37,068 nt of DNA from positions 1 to 37,068 of IMG/VR virus record IMGVR_UViG_3300008217_005050; one strand, 5' to 3'. The notes under the pieces were generated by a model, which was given only the letters and a program-made list of their open reading frames with translations, searched no databases and was not told the origin of the DNA. This document shows positions 27,921 through 35,180 of the stretch, in pieces. Position 1 is the first letter of the stretch. Each line of letters begins with the position of its first letter. Made by a program: the position numbers and the translations under genes. Source of the stretch: a virus (taxonomy: Duplodnaviria; Caudoviricetes).

Positions 27921-27984
27921 AAATCACCTGTATAAAAAAACATATATTCGTTTAGCTAAATTCCCAGTTATTGATTGGCTAATC
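27918..27984. repeat. 66/67-bp direct repeat, copy B
   Basis: Matches 27317-27382; its hairpin extends to about 28006. Confidence 0.95.
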
Positions 27985-28028
27985 TAAAAGCTCAACAACA
28001 CAGGAACCAAACCATGAAAACAATCCAA

Positions 28029-28253
28029 TCAAGCAGCTTGTTTTGTATCCTCTGGCGGATAAATGTCAGGTCTCAACTCATGACGAGAAACACCCGTCAC
28101 TCTCTCAATCAAAATAACTTTGTCTGGGGCAACTTTGCCAGTTCTTAACCAATAAGAAATATTTTGTTGGGAACTACCAATGGCCTGGGAAAGCTTTGTT
28201 TGAGCGCCGGCTATTTTTATAGCTTTTTCAAGAGCAGGATTTTTTGAGTTCAT
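28029..28253 (-). CDS. cro: Cro-like repressor (YdaS family)
   Basis: AI..AG.Q..L...IG.SQQ.IS.W and IE..TGV.R.ELRPD motifs; divergent from cI. Confidence 0.92.
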   Translation of the reverse strand: MNSKNPALEKAIKIAGAQTKLSQAIGSSQQNISYWLRTGKVAPDKVILIERVTGVSRHELRPDIYPPEDTKQAA

Positions 28254-28284
28254 ACTCTACCTCTAAAAGAAAATGTAGAGCACA

Positions 28285-28313
28285 AGAGTACAAAGGTATT
28301 TGTTTTGTTGCAA
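28285..28313 (-). promoter_or_regulatory. pR promoter
   Basis: TTGCAA-17-TACTCT, overlapped by the first operator. Confidence 0.75.
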
Positions 28314-28351
28314 CTAATATTTTTGTAGATACACCCTACAAATTATTTTGT
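28290..28351. promoter_or_regulatory. OR operators, three 14-bp sites
   Basis: ACAAAGGTATTTGT (28290-28303), ACTAATATTTTTGT (28313-28326), ACAAATTATTTTGT (28338-28351). Confidence 0.85.
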
Positions 28352-28386
28352 AACATTATAATTATAAGAATAACGTTAGGTTTATC

Positions 28387-29013
28387 ATGAGTGATTTAGG
28401 CAACAGGTTAAAACAAGCTCTAGCATCTAGAGGTATAACTCAAAGTAAATTAGCTAAAGAGATTGGGGTTAGCCAACAATCTATTCAGTATTTATCATCA
28501 GGTAAAGCTCGCAAATCAGGGCATACAGCCTCGATAGCAAGGGCCTTAAATATTTCTGTTGATTGGCTAGAAAAAGGGATTGGTCAAATGGAGGTTGATA
28601 TTGACAATGCTTTACCTACATACAAAGTTTTATCGAGCATCCCATTGATTAGCTGGGTGCAAGCTGGCCAGTGGGCAGATATCCAGCTTGGAGAAATTGA
28701 GCAGTTTTATCCATGCCCTGAGAATCATAGTCAGTACACTTATGCCTTAGAAGTTAAAGGCGAATCTATGTCACCTGATTACATCAACGGTGAAATAATA
28801 TTTGTTGATCCTGAAGTTGAAGCAAGAAACGGTTCATGTGTAGTAGTTAGACAAAACGGCAATTCTGAAGCAACATTTAAACAACTTATCATTGATGGAA
28901 GTCAAAAATATTTAAAAGCACTAAATCCAAACTGGCCTTCACCTATAATAGAAATGTTACCAGATGCAACTATTTGCGGTGTCGTAATTGGTAGTTACAG
29001 AAAAAGAAACTAA
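28387..29013 (+). CDS. cI: CI repressor (434-like HTH plus S24 peptidase)
   Basis: HTH with SQQSI recognition helix and ISVDWL; cleavage site VQA-G; catalytic GESM and TFK motifs. Confidence 0.96.
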   Translation: MSDLGNRLKQALASRGITQSKLAKEIGVSQQSIQYLSSGKARKSGHTASIARALNISVDWLEKGIGQMEVDIDNALPTYKVLSSIPLISWVQAGQWADIQLGEIEQFYPCPENHSQYTYALEVKGESMSPDYINGEIIFVDPEVEARNGSCVVVRQNGNSEATFKQLIIDGSQKYLKALNPNWPSPIIEMLPDATICGVVIGSYRKRN

Positions 29014-29048
29014 CTTATAACCCATTAAAAACATACATAGGAAATGAT

Positions 29049-29792
29049 ATGGCACTAATAAAATGTAAGGAATGTGGTCACCAAATAAGTAAAAAGGCAG
29101 AAAGCTGCCCTAACTGTGGTGCTGTACTTAAGAAAAAAAGAGGTAATATTGGCTGTGGTGGTTTAATCGTTGTATTAATCGTATTGTTTTATTTCTACTC
29201 TACTATCCAAGACTCACGTGAAGAGTCAGCCAAGCAGCAAGTTCGTTCTTCCCAACTAGCCCAATACAATCAAAATAAGGCTAAACTACTCGAGCAAATG
29301 AAACAGCTAATTGATCAAGGTGAATACCTAAAAGCAAAAAGATTAGCTGGCGCATATAACACCGTTACAGACCCCGAATTAGTCAAACTAAAAAATAAAG
29401 CTACTGAGCTCGAATTGGTAGAAAAAGTTGCGAAAATACCAACCGCTGAAACAAAAAAGAACTTTGAAATTTATGAACAGCTTATAAAGTTAGCGCCGGA
29501 AAATAAGACTTATAAAGACAAGTACACGTTTTATAATGAAAAAATGGAACGGGTTCGCTCTATAGAAAAGCAATTTAGTCAATTTGATGGTTCACATACT
29601 TTGCTAGAAAAAATGATCAAGAGAAGTTTAAAGAACCCCGATAGTTATGAGCACGTTAAAACAGTTTACTGGGACAAGGGAAATTACATATTAGTAAAAA
29701 CGACATATAGAGGGACTAATAGCTTCAACGCGGTGGTAACAGATTCAGTAGAGCAAGCTTTTACAATCCAAGGTGATGTATACAATAAATAA
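29049..29792 (+). CDS. Zinc-ribbon membrane protein co-oriented with cI
   Basis: CKEC..CPNCG, one transmembrane helix, and a C-terminal LKNP.SY...Y.G.NSF..V domain. Confidence 0.8.
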   Translation: MALIKCKECGHQISKKAESCPNCGAVLKKKRGNIGCGGLIVVLIVLFYFYSTIQDSREESAKQQVRSSQLAQYNQNKAKLLEQMKQLIDQGEYLKAKRLAGAYNTVTDPELVKLKNKATELELVEKVAKIPTAETKKNFEIYEQLIKLAPENKTYKDKYTFYNEKMERVRSIEKQFSQFDGSHTLLEKMIKRSLKNPDSYEHVKTVYWDKGNYILVKTTYRGTNSFNAVVTDSVEQAFTIQGDVYNK

Positions 29793-29815
29793 TTAGATAA
29801 CTTAACAACCCTCTT

Positions 29816-29842
29816 AAACCGCCTTCAAAAGGCGGTTTTTTT
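29816..29842 (+). terminator. Terminator of the immunity operon
   Basis: AAACCGCCTT-CAA-AAGGCGGTTTTTTT. Confidence 0.9.
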
Positions 29843-29872
29843 ATGTCTACAAATAAGTCAAAAAACAAAATA

Positions 29873-29943
29873 ACAAATATTTTTGTTTTTATGTGTTGAC
29901 TAAAAACAAATGTATGCGTAATTTAAATAACAAATAAATTTGT
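29873..29943 (+). promoter_or_regulatory. pL promoter with three OL operators
   Basis: TTGACT-17-TAATTT (29896-29924); operators at 29873-29886, 29906-29919 (degenerate) and 29930-29943. Confidence 0.85.
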
Positions 29944-29954
29944 TATTTACTGCT

Positions 29955-30359
29955 ATGAACCCATTACGCACAGAAACTGGATACCAGCTTGACGATATGC
30001 ACGTAAGTGCAAAGCCTCATTCTCGCTTACCTGCACAGCAAGCACGTACGCTGCTGCTCGTAGCAAAAGGGCTAACACAAAAGTCTATTGCGGAATCATT
30101 GGGTGTAAAACCCACCACAGTTCGACAAGCCTGTAATGAACTCAGCTTTAAATTTAACACCCATTCAATGCGCCAAACGGTACACCAAGCAATTAAGCAA
30201 GGTGTGTTGCGTTACACCATGTGCCTAGTGCTTGTGTTGTTAAGTGCAACCAATAGTGACGTTGAGCGCAGTTTTAGAACGATTCGAGTAACCCGAACTG
30301 TTCGCACCACCCGTTTACGCCGACTGCGTGAACTGCAAAACGACTTACTAGCAGCCTAA
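29955..30359 (+). CDS. LuxR/GerE-type HTH protein with a hydrophobic then Arg-rich tail
   Basis: L.LVAKGLT.K.IA..LG.KP.TV motif; likely ATG at 29955. Confidence 0.8.
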   Translation: MNPLRTETGYQLDDMHVSAKPHSRLPAQQARTLLLVAKGLTQKSIAESLGVKPTTVRQACNELSFKFNTHSMRQTVHQAIKQGVLRYTMCLVLVLLSATNSDVERSFRTIRVTRTVRTTRLRRLRELQNDLLAA

Positions 30360-30376
30360 GGCCAAGGAGAGTGAAT

Positions 30377-30541
30377 ATGACCAAAGTATTTATATTCCCA
30401 ACAGCACGCAATAACGCAGCAACAGCCCCGTTATTACACAAGCTAAAACAAGCTCAGCGCATTAGCCCTTTTGAATTAGTGGTGCCAGAGCTAAAAGCGG
30501 CAAACAACCCGCCGCCAGAGCCACCGCCACAAGCGGCCTAA
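30377..30541 (+). CDS. 54-aa hypothetical protein with Pro-rich C-terminus
   Basis: Hand-translated MTKVFIFPT...PPPQAA; SD AAGGAG. Confidence 0.7.
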   Translation: MTKVFIFPTARNNAATAPLLHKLKQAQRISPFELVVPELKAANNPPPEPPPQAA

Positions 30542-30641
30542 AGCAAGGTTTCACAGTTCGCTGGTACGCACTTGCCCAACCAAACCAGCCGAGTGGTTGC
30601 CGTAAGCAACTAAAACAACACAACAGGAAAAGGAAAAAGCT

Positions 30642-30905
30642 ATGTTAAACGTATTCACATCACTGGTGATCAACCAGCTCAAACAACGCATAAACTTCAT
30701 GAACCAACGAATGCAAGGCGAAGAGCTACGCATTTATGAGTCTGGTACTAAGTACTGCTTAATCATTTTATTTGATATCAACAACCAAGTAGTGCTTGGC
30801 TCAATCGCGTTAAACGCTAGCGCCCGCCGTGACTTATGCATGACGAAAGCCTTTTTAAGCCTGATTGAAAACACACGCATCCCAAAAGCAGTTTTGGCGG
30901 CATGA
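30642..30905 (+). CDS. Hypothetical protein
   Basis: 87 aa with SD AAGGA. Confidence 0.75.
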   Translation: MLNVFTSLVINQLKQRINFMNQRMQGEELRIYESGTKYCLIILFDINNQVVLGSIALNASARRDLCMTKAFLSLIENTRIPKAVLAA

Positions 30906-30997
30906 AACCCCTTAAGAAAGCCCTATCAGCAATGCTATTCATCACGTTATTAATAGCATTGCTGATTTTTGAACAGAACCTAGAAAGCTGGGTTTAA
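30902..30997 (+). CDS. 31-aa small membrane protein
   Basis: MKPLKKALSAMLFITLLIALLIFEQNLESWV; ATGA-coupled to the upstream gene. Confidence 0.55.
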   Translation: MKPLKKALSAMLFITLLIALLIFEQNLESWV

Positions 30998-31015
30998 CAA
31001 CACAGGAACAAACCA

Positions 31016-31717
31016 ATGCAAGAATTACACGCACTAGTTGACAAGAAAGTCGCTGACTTGATTCAAAGTGGCGAGATTGAGAAGTCAATTGAATTAGGAA
31101 TCGAGAAATCAATTAACGAATCAATCCGTCGCCAATTTGAGTCATATGGCAACATCACCAAACAGTTAGATAAACTGCTTGATGAAAAGCTAAAAATTGA
31201 CCCATCACAATTAGATATACCTACTTACAACGACGTAATGCTAAAAGCCATTGAACAAAAAATTGGTGAGTTTTTTGAAAGTAAAGCTGCCGCCAAACTC
31301 ATGGAAGGCATGAACAAGCTATTCGCTCCACTGCCTGAATCAATGGATATTCACGAATTTATAAACAAAATAGTAGCGCACTGGAAAGCAGAAGATCACT
31401 ACGACATAGATAATACCGATGAATATGCCACAGTTGAACTTAAAGAGAATGACAGTGTACTTGGTGGTTACAATTTAGAAATTTGGAAACAGCGTGAATC
31501 TGGTTATTTCTCAAAATCTAAAAACAGCTCTGAAGTAAGTTTGTACATCGGTGAGGGCGGTGATATCAGACTTCGACACACATGGAACCCTACCATTCTT
31601 CATGGCGAAGATAGCCTAATTATTAAAGCTTACGCTTCCTCAATGGTCATTACTGGTTTAGCTGACTTTGATGAAGACCTCTTAGAACTTCGCTTACACC
31701 CAGATACTGATTGGTAA
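31016..31717 (+). CDS. Hypothetical acidic protein
   Basis: 233 aa with SD ACAGGA. Confidence 0.8.
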   Translation: MQELHALVDKKVADLIQSGEIEKSIELGIEKSINESIRRQFESYGNITKQLDKLLDEKLKIDPSQLDIPTYNDVMLKAIEQKIGEFFESKAAAKLMEGMNKLFAPLPESMDIHEFINKIVAHWKAEDHYDIDNTDEYATVELKENDSVLGGYNLEIWKQRESGYFSKSKNSSEVSLYIGEGGDIRLRHTWNPTILHGEDSLIIKAYASSMVITGLADFDEDLLELRLHPDTDW

Positions 31718-31787
31718 GCAGTAGTTTCTGACAGCTCATTTTAAAAGTGGGCTGAATTGAAGTTATTACAACACCAGGATAAATACC

Positions 31788-32552
31788 ATGAGTAATCACC
31801 CTTTATCAGTCGTAGATGCAATCGATAATTTAGTTGCGGCTTATAACCAAGAAGTTGCTGAGTTTGACCAAATGGTTGAAAACGAACAGCAGCTACAAGT
31901 TCAAAATGACAAGCTTACTGCTTTGGTAAAAGACTATGAGCAAGGTGCTGCTGTTGTTCTTAAAAATGCTAAAAATGCCGATCAACAGCTGGCGCAAGCA
32001 CAAAGAGAACGCGATCAAGCATTAGCTAAAGTAAAAGACTTAACAATTACGCTAACCGCGTATAAAGAAATAGCCGGCACACCTAAAAAGCTACGCGACA
32101 AAATAAAAAGCTACAAAGACAAGCTAGAAAGCCAGCGCTTAGCGACTGAACAACAAAAACGCCTTTATCAAAGCGAACGCAAAACAACGGCCCAGCTTAA
32201 AACCGAAATAAGCGAACTTAAAAATCGTTTAGCAGCCGCTGACATAGTGCAAATCTACCGTGGCGATACCGACATTGTACAAACTTACCCGTATCACATT
32301 GGTGGCATGGTTGAGGGCCATGATGCTAGGCAAACCCCACTACTCTACCTACACCAAAGTGGCCGTGGTGGTTTAATCATCCTCAACAAAGACGATGAAG
32401 CCGAATTAGTCGAAGCCCCTAAAGGCGGCTTACGCCCTAAAAAAGACACCTTAGAGCTCTGTGGTAACTGGTTACGCCGTGTTAAAGCCAATAACTGGGA
32501 GCTAACAGCCACAGACCTACTTACTTTAAGCAATGAAGATGAACAGTTTTGA
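31788..32552 (+). CDS. Coiled-coil hypothetical protein
   Basis: 254 aa with a heptad-rich N-terminal two-thirds; SD CAGGA. Confidence 0.8.
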   Translation: MSNHPLSVVDAIDNLVAAYNQEVAEFDQMVENEQQLQVQNDKLTALVKDYEQGAAVVLKNAKNADQQLAQAQRERDQALAKVKDLTITLTAYKEIAGTPKKLRDKIKSYKDKLESQRLATEQQKRLYQSERKTTAQLKTEISELKNRLAAADIVQIYRGDTDIVQTYPYHIGGMVEGHDARQTPLLYLHQSGRGGLIILNKDDEAELVEAPKGGLRPKKDTLELCGNWLRRVKANNWELTATDLLTLSNEDEQF

Positions 32553-32709
32553 ACAAGCGACGCTTGAAACCCTGGTCAGCTTTAAAGCTAAGGACCAAAA
32601 AGAGATCAGCCGCTTACTAACTAGCAAAAAACTTCAAAAAGAAGCCTGCCAACTGGTTAAAAAGTGGAACGATAATCGTCAACAATTGGGCTTAGTCCCT
32701 TGGACATAA
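32533..32709 (+). CDS. 58-aa hypothetical protein
   Basis: Hand-translated MKMNSFEQAT...LVPWT; fills the gap between neighbouring genes. Confidence 0.55.
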   Translation: MKMNSFEQATLETLVSFKAKDQKEISRLLTSKKLQKEACQLVKKWNDNRQQLGLVPWT

Positions 32710-32720
32710 CAGGAAACACC

Positions 32721-33308
32721 ATGAATACAGAACTCAACGATGTCATGCTCGACCTAGAAACTATTGGCCAACATTCAAATGCGGTGATCGTATCAATTGG
32801 CGCCGTATTCTTTAACCCACTTACAGGCAATATTGGTGCAGAATTTTACCAAGTCATCGATATAGAAGATGCCATGAAATACGGCGAGGTAGATGGCTCA
32901 ACACTTAAATGGTGGATGAAGCAAAACGATGATGCCCGTTCGATTTTCAACACCAACGACACCATGCCACTTAAAGATGCCCTGCTCGAATTCAACGAAT
33001 GGATATACCAAATCGAAGGGTTTAGAAATCGTGTTGTTTGGGGTAATGGCGCCACATTCGACAACACAATTCTAACCAATGCCTACAAAGCCACCAATAT
33101 GGCAAAGCCATGGCACTTTAGAAATGATCGCGATGTTCGAACAATGGTTGATGTTGGCCGTCGAGTACTTGGTATTGACCCTAAAAAATCAAATGCATTT
33201 AAAGGTAACCCACACAACGCATTAGATGATGCCAAGCACCAGGCTAAATACATTAGCGATATCTACAAACAGATATCACATTGCCATTCAATCTATTTGA
33301 AACAGTAA
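32721..33308 (+). CDS. 3'-5' exonuclease, DEDDh (DUF5051-like)
   Basis: MLDLET, WGNG..FD, RD.RT and HNALDDA motifs. Confidence 0.92.
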   Translation: MNTELNDVMLDLETIGQHSNAVIVSIGAVFFNPLTGNIGAEFYQVIDIEDAMKYGEVDGSTLKWWMKQNDDARSIFNTNDTMPLKDALLEFNEWIYQIEGFRNRVVWGNGATFDNTILTNAYKATNMAKPWHFRNDRDVRTMVDVGRRVLGIDPKKSNAFKGNPHNALDDAKHQAKYISDIYKQISHCHSIYLKQ

Positions 33309-33311
33309 GTT

Positions 33312-33431
33312 ATGCACAAATTTAAACGCAACTGCGTGGCCCAGCAAAGGGCCCGCATACGTCAATTCTATCAACATAAGAAACAGGCTGAGCAGGTAAA
33401 AAAGCCTAAACACACAAAGGAAGCAGCATGA
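33312..33431 (+). CDS. 39-aa basic hypothetical protein
   Basis: Hand-translated; ATGA-coupled to the next gene. Confidence 0.5.
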   Translation: MHKFKRNCVAQQRARIRQFYQHKKQAEQVKKPKHTKEAA

Positions 33432-33916
33432 GTAAAGTATATCCAATTGATCAAATGTCTTTAATTTCAGCTATCAACACCGAGCTGACAAGACAACACC
33501 CTGACATGCCATTAATTTCATCTGTTTTTAACAAGTGCATTGAAGCCGCAAATTTAATTTGTGAAGAGTGCGAGCGTGAAAAAGTTATGGCAACTGATGG
33601 GATGAGTCTTAGCGAATGGTTTAACTGTGACGACACAGGCCTAAGCTCGCGTTTTATGGCATATGTAATGGATAGTGGTATTCCACCTCAAATCCCCGTT
33701 CAAGAGTACGCGTATCCAAGGGATGCCGACGACCTAGGTCGCTGTATAAGAATGGTCCGCGCTTGCGAGTTAGAAAATCAATTGTTTTTACTGCGAACAG
33801 CAGGCCACGAATGGCGCCAAATAGCCAACGACTGGGAAAAACTCGTTACATGGTACGACCAAAAAAATTGGCAAGAGCTAAGTAAGTATTTCTCTGAAAT
33901 TAGAGCGAGTGAATAA
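33428..33916 (+). CDS. Phage hypothetical protein
   Basis: 162 aa; DTG.SS and P.D..D.GRC motifs. Confidence 0.8.
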   Translation: MSKVYPIDQMSLISAINTELTRQHPDMPLISSVFNKCIEAANLICEECEREKVMATDGMSLSEWFNCDDTGLSSRFMAYVMDSGIPPQIPVQEYAYPRDADDLGRCIRMVRACELENQLFLLRTAGHEWRQIANDWEKLVTWYDQKNWQELSKYFSEIRASE

Positions 33917-33917
33917 A

Positions 33918-34277
33918 ATGGCAACAGGAAAAGTAACACCCGGGGATGTATTCAACAATTGGACAGTGCTATCTGAAGAAGCTTGTGGCCAATACTTTTT
34001 ATGTCGCTGTATTTGTGGCACTGAGCGTTCAGTTAAAAAAGGTAACTTAGGCAAAGTTACCGGCTGTGGTTGAGTACGTAAAAGCTACCAAGCCAGCAAT
34101 ACACCACGCAAAGTAAAAAAACAGCCGGCTAAAGTACCCAAGCAAAAACCAGCGGCACTAAAAAAAGCCGTACCCGTTGCTTATGAAGAACGAACCAAAT
34201 CGCCACGCGAACAACTAGAAGACCGACTAGACCAACACCGCCTAGAACGTGAACTTAATGAATTGTGTGGTATTTAG
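33918..34277 (+). pseudogene. Cys-rich zinc-binding ORF interrupted by an in-frame TGA (34071-34073)
   Basis: MATGKVTPGDVFNNWTV...FLCRCICG...VTGCG*VRK...ELCGI; the frame stays open for 67 codons after the TGA. Confidence 0.7.
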
Positions 34278-34279
34278 CA

Positions 34280-34549
34280 ATGAGCAAAAGAAAAATTGTT
34301 TCAGCATTAAAAAGAAAAAATATTCCTTTTGTAAGGGTTGAGTATGTACGCGGATGCCCTACTCCTAGCGGATATGCTAACGGTTGGGATATAGAAATAA
34401 GCGAAGCAACAGAGGATAGACTGTTTGAAGCTGGCTTTTCCAATATCAGTACAGTAAATGAAATCGATACCACCGAAGAGGCTCTTAAGTGGATTTGCTC
34501 TATGCCAAATCTGGTGTTAATTAAACAAAACGTGGATTCAGTTAAATGA
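34280..34549 (+). CDS. Hypothetical protein
   Basis: ATG at 34280; ATGA-coupled to the next gene. Confidence 0.7.
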   Translation: MSKRKIVSALKRKNIPFVRVEYVRGCPTPSGYANGWDIEISEATEDRLFEAGFSNISTVNEIDTTEEALKWICSMPNLVLIKQNVDSVK

Positions 34550-34812
34550 ACGCTATCACCATGCCAAAGGCCTGTATTAGCTGTCAGGCCTATAAACACA
34601 TTGGTAAAAGCGACGATCCGCACTGCCCGCATACCGACTGGCGCGGGCAAGCTAAAACAAAAACCCGTTATGGCCACTGCCAAGTACACAAAACCCAAGT
34701 GTTCATAACAGAGCTTTGTAACCAATATCAGCAAGAACCATTTATAGAAGTGGTTGATGCTGATAACAGGCCTGAGGCAAAACAGCCAAGGCAAGAACGA
34801 CTCTTATTTTGA
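34546..34812 (+). CDS. Cys-rich hypothetical protein
   Basis: C..C and G.C..H......LC motifs. Confidence 0.7.
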   Translation: MNAITMPKACISCQAYKHIGKSDDPHCPHTDWRGQAKTKTRYGHCQVHKTQVFITELCNQYQQEPFIEVVDADNRPEAKQPRQERLLF

Positions 34813-34821
34813 GGTAAAACT

Positions 34822-34974
34822 ATGGCTAAGAAAGTAATCACTATTTTAGAAGAGGCCGATGGCGTCGTTATTGAAATTCGCACCAATGGTCGTCGCGTAA
34901 GTTATGAGTGTGAAGACCTAGACGAAGCACTAGAAACACTTCCCCACTTAGACGAACTGCAGGCTGGAGAATAA
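34822..34974 (+). CDS. 50-aa acidic hypothetical protein
   Basis: Hand-translated MAKKVITIL...LQAGE; SD GAGGT. Confidence 0.65.
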   Translation: MAKKVITILEEADGVVIEIRTNGRRVSYECEDLDEALETLPHLDELQAGE

Positions 34975-34976
34975 CT

Positions 34977-35180
34977 ATGACCGTTACATATGTAAAACTT
35001 GGCTGGGTGAAAGCCAAGATCATCGAACAACACAAAGGCTTTACAGACGATGCACTCAATAGAATGCGTCAAACTGGTAAAATCGTAGAGGGTGTGCACT
35101 GGAAAAAAGTACGCGGTGTTGTTGTGTATAACTATGAAAAATTAGACGAGTATTTTGATAATGACGGCATCGCTGCTTGA
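34977..35180 (+). CDS. xis: Excisionase
   Basis: WV, EG.HWKK and ..YN motifs; overlaps the start of int. Confidence 0.85.
   Translation: MTVTYVKLGWVKAKIIEQHKGFTDDALNRMRQTGKIVEGVHWKKVRGVVVYNYEKLDEYFDNDGIAA

Noticed and set aside
25930-27984. Repeats as a CRISPR array or integron attC sites
   Set aside because: Only two copies of each, with ~550-bp gene-containing spacers, no cas genes, no RYYYAAC/GTTRRRY ends and no integron integrase.
30642-32552. Red/RecET/Erf recombinase or antirepressor among the pL genes
   Set aside because: No recognisable motifs; left as hypothetical proteins.
34255-34794. 179-aa minus-strand ORF
   Set aside because: It is antisense to two ATGA-coupled plus-strand genes in the pL operon and has no motif.
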